The notes below the pieces were generated by a model. That model was not told the DNA's origin and ran no database searches. It saw only the letters and a list, made by a program, of their open reading frames with translations. A stretch of DNA of 64,000 bases from positions 21,514,001 to 21,578,000 of the forward strand of contig NC_042999.1 in NCBI RefSeq assembly GCF_006345805.1, in the 5' to 3' direction. The position numbers and the translations under genes were made by a program. The DNA is from Octopus sinensis (lineage: Eukaryota). Of the stretch, positions 12,025 to 26,567 are shown piece after piece; the stretch's first letter is position 1; every line of letters begins with the position of its first letter.

Positions 12025-12536
12025 CTAGCAGTATCGCCCGGCGTTGCTCGTGTTGTAAGGGAAATAACTATATAAGCATTTTTAGAGAGTTACTTCCCTT
12101 ATAGATGCCAATTCGGGCTTTCTTAGCCATTTCTGTTTTGTTGTCTTCAAGCCATGAAGTCGTTGTTCTAAAAGAACGCTGGTCTCCTCGACAACGCATT
12201 ACGACGTTGATTTCCTTACACTCCCTTCCCCTCAGCTTCACGAGGGAAGGAAGAAGGGGGAGAAGCAAACAGGTGCAGGTGTGACCATGGACGCCAACTC
12301 CGCCGCCATCGACACACGAAAAATTATGCATTAAAATGGAATAAAAAATGATGTTAAATTATTTTTAAAATCGTAGACTCATCGTAGACGCGCGCTAATA
12401 CTCCGACGGTCTCGATATGAATCACGACTATAAGATACCCGAATTTGGTTAAACTGCACCGCAAAATGTGGGAGTAGTTAGGAATCTAAATCGAAGGGGA
12501 CAGACACTCACACAACTACAGTTTTATATATATAGA
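12025..12536 (-). mobile_element. Non-autonomous Helitron carrying an extra ~220-bp internal segment
   Basis: A|TC and CTAG|T termini, hairpin CCCGGCGTTGCTCG; 12103-12325 absent from the 8933 copy. Confidence 0.8.
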
Positions 12537-13378
12537 TATTCCATCCGCTAAGATTCACATTCTTACTGCAGCGGACCTTTTTTTCTAAGCCCTGCAAAAG
12601 AATTCAGAATGGTGGGCCTCAAATCAGGCCTTTCGCGATAGCTTTAAAATCAAAAACTTTCCCGAACTCCCTCGTCAAGTTTTCAATTATGTCAAAGAAT
12701 TTTTATAAACGTGCTTCCAAACATATTTCCCAGGCTTGTCATTCTTTCTTCATCCACCTCTTTTAAATGAAATAATTTCTAAAATTTTACAGAAATAGAT
12801 TTCTTGAGATATAGAGTTCGATAATATTGAGAAAAATTTATGAAAAATTTTTAAATTACGAAAATTTGTGATAACAATTTGGTAATAATTTTATATTCTA
12901 CCAAATAATTTTCTATGCATAATCATAATATACGATCTGGATAATGTATTTCTGCAGAAACTACATTTTAAGAGATATGAATTGTAAAAAGAATTAAAGA
13001 GTTGGAAAGGCGGAGATTAATTCGAAACACCTGTCCGCATTTTTTTTTTTTTTTATTACTTTTAATATTATCAAGATAATCGTAAGTTACCCTCTTGAAA
13101 AAGCATTTCTGCAACATTTCTTCAAGAAGTATGCATTTCTCAAAAAGTTATGAAATCAGAGATATCAAAATTTAGTTATGGTTAGACATACACACGCATA
13201 CACACACATAAATACATACATTTATATATATATATATATATATATTATATACACATATATATATATATTTTATATATCTATTATATATATATATACATAT
13301 TTTATATATCTATTATATATATATATATTTACATATATATATATACATACATATATATATATACATATATATATACAT

Positions 13379-13443
<65 letters not shown>

Positions 13444-13452
13444 ATATATATA

Positions 13453-13787
13453 GCAATTAAGGACAACTTCTTAATAAGGAATCTTAATAAGAAATTATCA
13501 GGTAGATAGCGTGAAAAACCTCATAAGAGAAAAATTTCGAAAATAATTCTCTCTTATTGAACATATTAATTTATATATAGAGGGCATTATTATACAAAGA
13601 TGCCACACGCTAAGAGGGACAAAAAGTCATTTCTACCAAAAATTTTACTAATCCCACCGAATGCAATCTTTCAAATTTTTTAAATGTCTTGCTTTGAAAG
13701 ATTGCATTCGGTGGGATTAGTAAAATTTTTGGTAGAAATTACTTTTGTCCCTCTTAGCGTGTGGCATCTTTGTATAATAATGCCCTC
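13453..13787. mobile_element. Second locus of the 479-bp-unit family, fold-back, ribozyme absent
   Basis: Arms 13580-13675 and 13693-13787; same outer termini (GCAATTAAGG..., ...GCCCTC) as the 3381-5340 array in reverse orientation; embedded in (TA)n. Confidence 0.85.
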
Positions 13788-13913
<126 letters not shown>

Positions 13914-13976
13914 CATATATATATATATACATACATATATATATATATATATGCATGTATATATATATATACATAC

Positions 13977-14070
<94 letters not shown>

Positions 14071-14550
14071 GCGTGCAGAACATACACAAGTTCAGACACA
14101 TATATACTCATATATACAAGAAATTATTTATTAAGCTATTTTTATTTAGTTTAAATTTATTCTTCTAAAACAACGGTAATATATTTAGTTAGTCACTCGC
14201 ATGTGTATGCGCGCCCTCGTAAGCATGTGTGAGGTGCGTGTGGTGAGACGTGCGATGACGGTGTGTGCTGGGTGCGTGTATGTTTATTCTCTTATCTGTG
14301 TAAGTTATATAGACATAGTAATAAAGATAAAACAAATGGGTGTTTTGGAGATTAACAACATACGTTTCCGAACACAAATTTTATTTCGAATGTAAGAATG
14401 TTATGTAATTTGGCACATAATGTTATAAAACATTATACAACGTTATGTAAGATAGTTTTTTGATAAAGCTACACTTCGTCAGGTAATATTCCATCGAGCT
14501 ATGTCATCAAGTTTTTAGTTTAATCTGACATTTCAGTGAAGGGATTCGTT

Positions 14551-14932
14551 TATTATTTTACTTGTTTCAGTAATTTTAACTGTGACCATGCTGGAGCACC
14601 GCCTTTTAGTCAGAGAAATCGACCCCTGGACTTATTATTTGTAAGCCTGGTCTCTTTTGCCGAAGTACTAAGTTACGGGGACGTAAACGCACCAAGATCG
14701 GTTGTCAAGGGATGATGGAAGAAGAGACACAGACACAAACACACAAATATATACATATATATATACATATATATATGACAGGCTTCTTCTAGTTTCCATC
14801 TACCAAATCCACTCACAAGGCTTTGGTCGTCCCGAGGCTACAGTAGAAGACAATTACCCTAAGTGCCACCCAGTACAACTGAACTCGGAACCATGTAGTT
14901 GGAAAGCAAGCTTCTTACCACACAGCCACACT
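14551..14932 (-). mobile_element. SINE family X, near full length
   Basis: Homology to the other family X copies. Confidence 0.85.
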
Positions 14933-15597
14933 ATATGTATAAAATGTTCAATTCAGGGAAGGTTATTGAAACCCTAACGGACAATGCCACCCCAATCAAA
15001 TCCATTAATTTCCCAAGCAAACAAATCCCTTATATGCATTCTTCAACTTGAGAGTTGTCACAATCTAGTTCTTTAAACTTGAAATGAATTAGGGAATTGA
15101 TAATTTATTACCAAAGACAAGGGTTAATTGCAGCATGTATCACTATATCTTTAAGAATCGCTTTTTAACCTGACATGATACCAGGAGAATTGGTGTCCAA
15201 GAAAAACTTGACTTTTGTTAGAATGTTAAAACAACAGGAAAGCGGAATATTATTTAAATATATGTGGGAATTATTATAGTTAGCTGCGAACATATGTAAT
15301 TCTGGCAATGCCTAACCACGCATGAGTGCATAAGGTCACAGACACGCAAGACTCGATACAAACAAGTGCGCCCTCATAGAAAGGTAGAGAGAGAAATTGC
15401 GATTAATTTGTGTTAATATTTTACGAAAAATTTGAATTCGTGAAAATAACAGGAAAAACTATTCGGCAATAAAATAAACTAGGAGGAGCTAAACCGTCTT
15501 TAGAACTACCAAAAATGAAATACCATGGCAGGGTGGGGGGATAATGTTAAACTACTTCTTATTAATATTTAAATCAGGAACAGCGATTAGATTATAT

Positions 15598-15830
15598 TTA
15601 ACCTTCTGCCTACCAACTGGTCCAATGGACCCATTTCAGTTTTTTTTTTTTGGTATCTTTTTCCTACTGTAGATACTATTTGATTCTGCTGTATTTCTTG
15701 TGACTCTTATTATTTTTGTTTTCTTTTTTAGTCTCTTTTATTTGTCAATTGGTGAATCGTCCATATGTTTATAAAAGCTAGAATATTTATCTTTATACAT
15801 TAATTACCGTATGGGTCCATTGGACCCGCG
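15598..15830. mobile_element. Possible piggyBac-like MITE fragment
   Basis: TTAACC start and subterminal inverted motif GGTCCAATGGACCC / GGGTCCATTGGACC; right terminus not found. Confidence 0.35.
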
Positions 15831-15897
15831 AATTAAATTCAAATAATACTTTTGTCATTCTAAACAATAAAAGCAATATCAAATATTATTTTCCTAG

Positions 15898-16104
15898 ATA
15901 TGAGGATAAAATCCCTGGAGAAGGACATCATGCTTGGAATGGTCAGTGGCAAGAAAGGAAGAGGCCGACCAAAAACCCGCTGGCTTGACACCATCAAGAG
16001 TGATACCGGAATGGACATAGCCAGTCTGAAAGAAGCGGCCCAGGATAGAACTGACTGGAGGACACTGATCCATGGAGTGACCGAGAGTCGACTTCGACTG
16101 AGCG

Positions 16105-16184
<80 letters not shown>
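15898..16184 (+). mobile_element. RTE-clade LINE 3' end with (TAGA)n tail
   Basis: SLEKDIMLGMVSGKKGRGRPKTRWLDTIK...AQDRTDWRTLIHGVTESRLRLSG*, the typical RTE/BovB C-terminus. Confidence 0.9.
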
Positions 16185-16214
16185 TTTATCAGATATAAAA
16201 TAGATAAAATTGTA

Positions 16215-16497
16215 TTCAATTTGTCCCACTGCGTGGCACATTCGGGAAGTGTCTTCTACCATAGCTCGTCGCGTATATGTGTGTGTGCATACGCGTGTGT
16301 GCGGGGGTATCTGTGTTTTTTCTCCGCTATCGCTTGACAACTGATGTGGGTGTGTTTACGTTTCCGGCAAAAGACACAGATAGAATAAGTACTAGGCTTA
16401 CAAAGAATAAGACATGGAGTCAATTTGTTAGATTAAAGGCGGTGCTCCAGCATAACTGCAGTCAAATGACCGAAACATGTAACAGAATAAAAGAATA
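16215..16497 (+). mobile_element. SINE family X, internally deleted
   Basis: GTCCCACTGCGTGGCAC head remnant joined to the 3' half. Confidence 0.8.
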
Positions 16498-17045
16498 TAT
16501 TATAATTTTCGTTAGATTACGTATGGGACCCAATACCTATGTTCGAAACTAATATGGGGCGGAATCTGGTCGTCTAAACTATCAGCGCCAGACAGACAGA
16601 ATACTTCGCATCATTTAGTTACGTTTTACGTATAAAATCAGATTTCGATTTTGCTGCTCATCACTCTGTTTTCGATGATATTAATATCAGAATCATATTG
16701 AGTAGCGATTCTATCGCTATAATTCCACCCCTTTTTAAATATGTCCCCTTCTGTCAGAACAGGAAACTATTTGCATTCCTTTCATTTTTTTTTCCAGTTG
16801 AACGTTATCATTATCTGACTATATTCTGATATTAGTCATATCAAATGGTGATATCTAATGAAGTTAACCGATTAATTTATGAAATAGATATGTATTATGC
16901 ATGATATGAAGATTATTGGTTTTGATTCTATGATGCAATTATGTTTATATATACACATACGTGCATGCATACATAAATACACACACACATTTATATTTAT
17001 ATATATAGACACAAACACACACACCACACACACATATATATAAGC

Positions 17046-17080
<35 letters not shown>

Positions 17081-17258
17081 GTAATGAAAGAGATTTCTAT
17101 GAATGCATATGCAAACAAATATATGTGTGTATACATATATATATGTGCAATGTATGTACGTATGTATATATGCATATTTATGAATGCATGTACGTTTACC
17201 GTGCATAAACTCAAATAGAAGCATTGTTTGAAAGTATGTACATAAATATAGATGTGTA

Positions 17259-17312
<54 letters not shown>

Positions 17313-17554
17313 ACGCATATATATATATATACATATATATATATATCTAATTCATATTTTATATATACATATATATATGCACATATGTATGAATATGTAT
17401 AAGTGTACGTCTGTATGCATGTGAGTATGTGTATCTATCGATATATATATATATGTATGTATATATATATATATATAATATATATATATAGATATATATA
17501 TATATAACTATATATATATATGTGTATATATAATATATATATATAGATAGATAG

Positions 17555-17631
<77 letters not shown>

Positions 17632-18848
17632 GATATATATACGTATAGATATATATGTGTGTGTTTTTGTGTGTGTGTATGTAGGCAGGTAGGTAGGTAG
17701 GCATTATGAATGTAACTATAAACTTCATCCATAATTTATTGCCTCTTCATTAAGAAAACATTTCCCTTCTATCATTGATTTATCTCTCTTCTATAACTTA
17801 TATTTTTGCCAGTCCAGTTGTCAGACAAAGATTTTACGCTTTTTTTCTATATTTTTTCACCATTTCTTTCTTTTTTTTGTCGATGTACAGGACACACTCC
17901 AAATATGCTCGACATTCATTTTAATATACCTCAGATGTTCTTTAGTGTTGAGTAAATCTAGTGATTTGTCTACCAATGATTTAGTTTATTTATAAGTATT
18001 GATTCTGTGACATTAGTCTATATCCTTTGCGCATTGTCTCATTCGTACCTCTTCAGTTCCAGGCTGTTTCTTTCGCTTACTATGTTCCTTACGATATTTT
18101 AAATTTCTTTTGCTTCTCTAAATCTCCCGTTTTCGAACTTATCTCAGACCAAGTTGTCAGGATTTTTCTTTTCAGCAAAGCCGACCTACTACATAACAAT
18201 CATACCACATATATAGAATGAAAGAATAGATAGAGGAAATAATATTTTTAACGGCAGAATAGAAAAGAAATACTGAAGAATTGTGATAAAATACAGGATA
18301 AAAAAAACCCAATGAAAGCTAAGTGTGCGGGAAATTTAGAATGATGGAAAGTAGACCTATCTTCAAACAATAAAATATATAGGATGCAAAAACGAAACAA
18401 AGCAAGTGGTATATTATAGTTTAGAAAATATAATAGAGAATACTGTTTGAAACGTTAGTGAGTGAAAGAGAGGAAATATTAAATGTGTGATGAAAGACAG
18501 AAAGGATTGTTTCATATATTTTGTGTTTTATATTTTAGATAAAAAGCAACTAGGAAGGAAAATAAAATTGCGGAAATTAAATAGCAAAATTTGGAAAAGA
18601 GAGAAAAAAACTGGCTTACATAAATATGATAACTTATGTTGCCATAGCATCCAAACAGATTGCTGAACATCAAAAGAAATTTCTCTCAGTCTGACATCTC
18701 CGTGAATTCATAGCTACAAACTTCTAATATTCCTACTCAGGAACTTGGTGGAGAGAAGGGATCTGGCATTAAATGAAGGTGAAACCAGTACCCGTTCATG
18801 AGGTTTTGGATTAAAAAAATGTTTGGGTGTAAAACAAAATACTATGAT

Positions 18849-18910
<62 letters not shown>

Positions 18911-18988
18911 GAATTTACAAACAAAAACAAAAGACGAAGACAGGTGTGTAAACAGTGTATTAGTATAACGCTCGGGAAGTGAGAAAGT

Positions 18989-19024
18989 CTTTTACGTTTC
19001 AAGCATACGCTCTTCGACAGAACG
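18989..19024 (-). ncRNA. Minimal hammerhead variant (CUGUCGA core) in a solo pLTR-like element (18907-19080)
   Basis: CGTT-CTGTCGA-A-GAGC(GTAT)GCTT-GAA-ACGT-A^AAAG. Confidence 0.65.
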
Positions 19025-19081
19025 GAACAGAAATAAACAGGGAGAGAAAATAGAAGAAGGTTTAGTGGCTAGCGATCTATC

Positions 19082-19126
<45 letters not shown>

Positions 19127-19544
19127 TGTGTGGATGTAAGTGTGTGTGTGCATGTGTGTTTGTGTACATACATACATACATACATACATACATACATACA
19201 TACATGTATGCATGCATTGGCCCAACGATACAACATGTGTCATGTTTACAGGAAACATTGGTTGTTATGTTGAGGCTTCATTGTTGCACTTGTTTTTTTT
19301 AGCTCAAATGCGCGATCATAGGCATTCCTGTTATGGCTATCTTATCGTTTCAGACAGAGCACGTAACAAATTGGTTTAACGGATATTATACTTTGCGGTA
19401 TCATGTTTCATATAGTGGTCACAATTCATATCCTGCTGGCGTCAATATTTCTTTTCTCCCTACGAAACAGATATTTTTTCTTCTACTGTAGGCACATCCT
19501 GAAGGTAGCTAGTCGAGCACATCGACTCTTTTTCTCAAAGGGTT

Positions 19545-19683
19545 CTCATTTTATCAACCCCGAAAAGATAAAAGGCAAAGTTGACCTCGGCTGTGGAATT
19601 TGAACACAAATTGTAATAAGCCAAAAGAAATGCTGCTAAGCATTTTGTCCGACGCGCTAATGATTCTGCCACTACGCCATCTT
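19545..19683 (-). mobile_element. Decayed SINE 5' part (duplicated at about 21035-21173)
   Basis: CCCCGAAAAGATAAAAGGCAAAGTTGACCTCGG...GGAATTTGAAC motif shared with family Y. Confidence 0.7.
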
Positions 19684-20439
19684 CACAAAGTTGTTACAGT
19701 TACCAGCCAAAGGAAGTGGACTGGTGGAAATGTCAGAAAATTACATTGTTCCGCATCAGAGCGCTCTGAGTTCAAATCTGGCAATAGCCTTCTTTGGCGA
19801 AAGATTTAATCACTTATGGTATTTGCCAGAATAATATTTATTGATCTTTGAATTCCCATTATTGCTTTGTATGTTTGACACTTTACAATGCCACAGCAAG
19901 ATAACGTAGACTTTATGTCAGGTTACTAAGAAAACTATTGTTAGTTTGCTTTCTGTCGCAAATCTATAATTTGAACATTGTATACATGGCAACAGTTCAC
20001 TTCACAACCCATAGGTCCCAAGTTCAATCCACCTACACAACATGTTGCATGCATGACTGCTATTGTCGTCTATGTTTAATAAATAAATCATGATTGATAT
20101 TTGGTAGCAAGGATCTTCTCCGAGACATGGCTATATGTGAGTTTATGACTGTGTATTTTTGATTACGGTGTATTTGCGGCCGTTTCTGCGTCATTGTTTA
20201 ATCATATCTAGGCATCGGGTATTAGTTTTCATAACAAAACTTTGTGGCATATATTTAAGCGATTTCGATATTTCAAAAATCTTTCTAGTTATACTTCTTC
20301 ATCATATTCAGTTAGATAAACTTAACAACTAACTGTGATTATATATATATATATATAGTGAGAATTTACAAACAAAAACAAAAGACGAAGACAGGTGTGT
20401 AAACAGTGTATTAGTATAACGCTCGGGAAGTGAGAAAGT

Positions 20440-20475
20440 CTTTTACGTTTCAAGCATACGCTCTTCGACAGAACG
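20440..20475 (-). ncRNA. Duplicate of the 18989-19024 hammerhead variant
   Basis: Identical sequence within the tandem duplication. Confidence 0.65.
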
Positions 20476-20531
20476 GAACAGAAATAAACGGGAGAGAAAA
20501 TAGAAGAAGGTTTAGTGGCTAGCGATCTATC

Positions 20532-20602
<71 letters not shown>

Positions 20603-21989
20603 TGTGTGTGTGTATGTGTGTGTGTGTGTACATACATACATACATACATACATACATACATACATACATACATACATACATACATACATACATACATGTA
20701 TGCATGCATTGGCCCAACGATACAACATGTGTCATGTTTACAGGAAACATTGGTTGTTATGTTGAGGCTTCATTGTTGCACTTGTTTTTTTAGCTCAAAT
20801 GCGCGATCATAGGCATTCCTGTTATGGCTATCTTATCGTTTCAGACAGAGCACGTAACAATTGGTTTAACGGATATTATACTTTGCGGTATCATGTTTCA
20901 TATAGTGGTCACAATTCATATCCTGCTGGCGTCAATATTTCTTTTCTCCCTACGAAACAGATATTTTTTCTTCTACTGTAGGCACATCCTGAAGGTAGCT
21001 AGTCGAGCACATCGACTCTTTTTCTCAAAGGGTTCTCATTTTATCAACCCCGAAAAGATAAAAGGCAAAGTTGACCTCGGCTGTGGAATTTGAACACAAA
21101 TTGTAATAAGCCAAAAGAAATGCTGCTAAGCATTTTGTCCGACGCGCTAATGATTCTGCCACTACGCCATCTTCACAAAGTTGTTACAGTTACCAGCCAA
21201 AGGAAGTGGACTGGTGGAAATGTCAGAAAATTACATTGTTCCGCATCAGAGCGCTCTGAGTTCAAATCTGGCAATAGCCTTCTTTGGCGAAAGATTTAAT
21301 CACTTATGTATTTGCCAGAATAATATTTATTGATCTTTGAATTCCCATTATTGCTTTGTATGTTTGACACTTTACAATGCCACAGCAAGATAACGTAGAC
21401 TTTATGTCAGGTTACTAAGAAAACTATTGTTAGTTTGCTTTCTGTCGCAAATCTATAATTTGAACATTGTATACATGGCAACAGTTCACTTCACAACCCA
21501 TAGGTCCCAAGTTCAATCCACCTACACAACATGTTGCATGCATGACTGCTATTGTCGTCTATGTTTAATAAATAAATCATGATTGATATTTGGTAGCAAG
21601 GATCTTCTCCGAGACATGGCTATATGTGAGTTTATGACTGTGTATTTTTGATTACGGTGTATTTGCGGCCGTTTCTGCGTCATTGTTTAATCATATCTAG
21701 GCATCGGGTATTAGTTTTCATAACAAAACTTTGTGGCATATATTTAAGCGATTTCGATATTTCAAAAATCTTTCTAGTTATACTTCTTCATCATATTCAG
21801 TTAGATAAACTTAACAACTAACTGTGATTATATATTATATATTTGGTGTCAAAGATAACGTCTGTAGCACAACGAAAGTGATTTTTCAAAATATCATACA
21901 CACACGCACACACAAATATACATAGACATACACACACACGCTCGCATACACACATACAAATATCAAGCAATGTGGAATTACACAATCTA

Positions 21990-22150
21990 GTGGTTTACCA
22001 AAATCTGGGTGCATCACTCATTTAAAATCACATAAAAAGCCAACTGTATGCATCTCTATCCCTGCAATGCTAGATGAGACAATATGTGTGGTGTGCAAAA
22101 GGATCTGAATATCAGCATCTGGTCTTAAAAGGCATATGAGGATAGAGAAG
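21990..22150 (+). mobile_element. Decayed LINE C-terminal C2H2 zinc-finger fragment
   Basis: CVVCKRI*ISASGLKRHMRI (CX2CX12H spacing) at 22085-22144 with an in-frame stop. Confidence 0.5.
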
Positions 22151-23099
22151 GAAGACATCCTACAAGCTGACCCAAGAAATCCGATAGAGGGCACATCTTT
22201 TGCCTTGTCACGTTTGCTGAAGAACGTGAAAATCTAATGGACGGACGTTTGGAGCTGATGATGGTTGATAGGGTTACATGGGGAGACGGAAATTAGCTGC
22301 AAAGATGAAGCAACCACCACCATATATAATTATAGAAAGAGTTTGAGTTAGAATGACGGAAAGTGCGTGGGTGAAATATGTTGATATAGATTTATATCTA
22401 TATCTGTCTATCAGTCTCTATGCTTGTCTGTAGGTCTGTCTAGAATGCGTGTACGTACGTGTTTCTCTTTGCACCTTCATCTATTTCAATATACATTACA
22501 TATACGTTTTTTTTTTAATAAAGCTTGGATGAAGAATTAGAAAAAGCTACCGCTAATCTTCCTTAAGGGGTTAATCTGCTGTCTTTGGAAGTGGCTCATA
22601 TACTTCAATATTTGTATTAGTTTTAATGTACAAGAATGTCTTGCAATGTCTAATGTTGACCTATATTGTATATTATCTGCATTTCCGGACTAGTAACATA
22701 TCCGGTTCTCGGAAACCTAATGCAAGCCAGTACATATGTGTGCGGATATAAGTATGTATATTATATATGTGTGTATGTATGTATTAATGTATTTGTATAT
22801 ATCTAAATCGAAGGTGTTGTAGCTATTAAATTCCTATATAGAATGTTTTGTGTCTTTCATGGCAATCAATTCTGATATTGGAATGTAAATATTTATTATA
22901 ATCTTTTAAGAAAACGGAAGTGTCTCTCCTTATCTCTTTTATATTTAATATCATGAGAAAAGGCTCCATGGGACATGTTTGAACTTCAATCAGAAAATGT
23001 AGTAGTAAATATATCGTGAGCATTTACACAGAGATGTAAAGAGTCAAGCAGACAACACCCCAACAATATACACAAATTTGTGTATGCATGAATTTATGC

Positions 23100-23213
<114 letters not shown>

Positions 23214-23293
23214 TGAAACGCGTACACATATTCACTAATGTACATATATTATTGTATATGATTGCGGAATTCGTATATTTATGTAGCTATGTA

Positions 23294-24565
23294 TTAGGTT
23301 GTTCCGAAAATAATGGCTGCTCTAAGTGTTGTGTTTTGAAATGCAATTTTGTCCTAGTACCTCAATTACCTTTTAGGTGAATTTCGACATACTTAACAAT
23401 TGATGTATGCTCTTTAATAATTTTCTACTTAATTCAGACAGAAAACATTCTTGAAGTATAGGCACCCCAAATTCTGAACATGACAAAAAAGGACCTTCGC
23501 TTACTTTTATTCCATGAGTCAAGCTTGGACAAAATGCCTCACAAACTGCTGCCAATATCAACAGAGCATGGGAACAGGGTTCCAAAAGTGATCACACAGT
23601 ACGAAGGTGGTTTCAGGAATTCCGTAGTGGTGGCGAGAGCATTGAAGATGAAAAAGGTAGAGGACGGTCATACAGTTTTGACAATGAACAACTGAATGCA
23701 ACTGTGGAACAAAACCCACGCAAAGCGTCAGAAAAATTTCTCAAGCACTTCGTGTCGAAATTGCAACAGTCTGACGCAATCTACAGACGTTTAGTAAGCT
23801 GAAAAATCTCAATAAGTCGGTACTGCATGAGCTCAATGAAAATCATAAAGTCTCTGCGTTGTGCTCGATGCCCTTTCTGCGAAACACCAATGAACCGTTT
23901 CTTGACCAAATAGTCACTTGTGACGGTAAGTGGATCCTTTATGATAACCGTAAACAATCAGGTCAATAGCTTGATCGTGGTGAGTCCCCCCAAAATTTCC
24001 CAAAACGAAAGTTGCATCAGCATAAGATTATAGTGACTGTCTGCTGGTCTGCAATTTGTGTTGACCATTACAGCTTTCTGGAAGCCAATCAGAGCATTAC
24101 AGCTGAGGTTTACTGCAATCAACTCGCAGAAGTGCACACTCACTTGCAAAAACTGAGACCTGCGTTAGTGAATCAGAATAGCCCAATTCTGTTCCACGAT
24201 AATGCAAAGCCACATGATGAAAGAATGACGCTGCAGAAACGCACAGACTTGAGATACGAGACATTACCACATCCTCCATATTCTCCTGATCTTTCATCCA
24301 TTGACTACCATTTTTTAAAGCATTTAAACACGTTTAAGTGATAAAACTTTCAGGTTCAAACCAGAGGTAGAATCAGCGTTCAAGATCGTTTAGCAGCAAA
24401 GCCAATAAGTTTTTATCAACCACGTCTAAATAATCTCGTTGCTCGATGGCAGAGATGCATAGATGTTCACAGCTCATAATTTGACTAATCAAAACATTTC
24501 TATTGTTAATTTTTCCAGAATAAAATTATGTCTCGACATCGGCCGTTATTTTCGGAACAACCTAA
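23294..24565 (+). mobile_element. Full-length mariner (1272 bp) with pseudogenised transposase (about 23480-24480)
   Basis: TIRs TTAGGTTGTTCCGAAAATAATGGC / GCCGTTATTTTCGGAACAACCTAA, TA TSD; motifs TCDGKW, HDNAKPH, YSPDLSSIDYHF; stops and frameshifts. Confidence 0.95.
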
Positions 24566-24745
24566 TAAATCCTTCCTGCATTTTTACATCAACAAATTTA
24601 AGCTTTAGCATACAAACAATTCCAAGTAATTTTCTTGTATTAGAGGCTATGGTACGTGTGCTAGAATACTATTATCGTCCCTAAAATATTAATAAGATAC
24701 AGTTTGAATTCTTCTACGGAAATTGAGCTCGGTAAGTAAAATGAC

Positions 24746-24978
24746 AAGGCGGTGAGCTGGCAGAAGCGTTAGCACGCCGGGCCAAATACTTAGCGGTATT
24801 TTGTCTGCCGCTACATTCTGAGTTCAAATTCCGCCGAGGTCGACTTTGCCTTTCATCCTTTCGGGGTCGATTAAATAAGTACCAGTTACGCACTGGGGTC
24901 GATGTAATCGACTTAATCCGTTTGTCTGTCCTTGTTTGTCCTCTCTGTGTTTAGCTCCTTATGGGTAGTAAAGAAATA
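24746..24978 (+). mobile_element. SINE family Y, full length, with 15-bp TSD
   Basis: GGTAAGTAAAATGAC at 24731-24745 and 24979-24993; B box GAGTTCAAATTCC. Confidence 0.95.
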
Positions 24979-26484
24979 GGTAAGTAAAATGACGTACAAA
25001 ACATCTTGTACGTTGTGGTACCATCTACACATATAAACTTGAGTACTGCAACGCAAACAGACCTTCATTTATGACCCAAAATATATTTCAAACATAACCA
25101 AAATTATCAGACTTAAAATATAAGTTTGGATGTCGATTTGTTCTGCCATAACCCTTCAAGGTGATGCCAAAGCATGGCCACAGCACATTGACTGAAACGA
25201 TTAACAAGAAATGGTTTTTGTATTTGGCTTGCAAGATCCTTGATATGAACTCGTGTGTTGAAACAAATAATAAAAACACGCGTTGGTTCTATTTAATTCT
25301 TTTTTTAATTCTTAGTTCATTGAATCAATTCACAAATCTGTTGTTCGATTGATTGCTCGTTCAATCAGTCCATCGGTTTTTATAGAGCTGGGACATACTT
25401 GAGTAGAAGATTTCGGTCTCTGATGAGGTCGCGCATGAAGACGAGAACTCTGACAACCCTGATTTCTTGAGAGACAAGACTATAACTGGAACTATTGGTT
25501 AACGAATTGATTCATAATAATAATAATAATCAAAATGAAATAGAATCAGAGCATGTGTTTATTATTGGTATTACGACTTCTAGGGATAGCAGAAAAATCA
25601 CTATTGTTTTTTGAAAGGGAAAGAAAACGTGCTTCGTAGTTGATATTTTTTTAGCAACAGCCAGTACATAGAAGCAGGGCTATATTTAGATTAATTCTTG
25701 ATACCGTGAATTTACTGATTTTTCTCGTGTCTTGTTTGTAACTCTCACAGCACATGCCTCACTCTATGCAAAAATATCATTAAATCTTCATTGTCTAAAA
25801 GTTTATCGCAATTTAAAATAAATAAATGATATGGTTATTTCATCCATTTTATTCAAAGTAAAATTGAATTGACGTACACAAAGCGCTTTCTCACTACATA
25901 TATATTATTCATAAGTTTCCTGTTGGCAGGCAACTTGCTTACGAAAGCAGAGTGAAATATAATGGTGTAAGAGGAATTTATTATCAACAAGGATGTATAA
26001 ACACGTATCTGTGCACGAAAACGTACTAATTATTTTGTAACGCACAGATGTGCCATCAGAATAAGAATTACATTAATGTTAACCTTTGTTTGAAAATGCA
26101 TATGGCCTCTATGCTGTGAATAATATGGATATAATAATGAGGATTTCCTTATTGTTTGCTTGAACCCTTCTGGTAACATACCGCTGCAAGAGGTTAAATC
26201 AATTTACAACCATTTTCCATGGCACAATCTTATAATAATGTATAACAAACTGCAAGCATACAGACACGCAGGCTTACATATAAAGATGTGTGAGCATGCA
26301 TATATATACAGATATGTGTGTATGTGTTTGTGCGTATATGTATGTATGTATTATGTGCATTTGTATATAGGTATGTGCGTTTCGGTATACATTGTTCTCA
26401 TCATAGATTGATTTGACAACTTGACGTCTTTTGCTGCAAGTTTCAAGAGCACAAGAAATTACGCATTACCAAATCATATATATT

Positions 26485-26567
<83 letters not shown>

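Larger units (their letters stand above)
18841..21830. repeat. Tandem duplication, ~1.49-kb unit (18841-20331, 20332-21820)
   Basis: Near-identical copies differing by microsatellite length and a few 1-2 bp indels; all three junctions carry ACTRTGATTA. Confidence 0.95.

Noticed and set aside
25411-25480. CTGATGA with a GTC/GAC stem (possible hammerhead)
   Set aside because: Followed by GAGA rather than GAAA, and no stem III / NUH geometry can be formed
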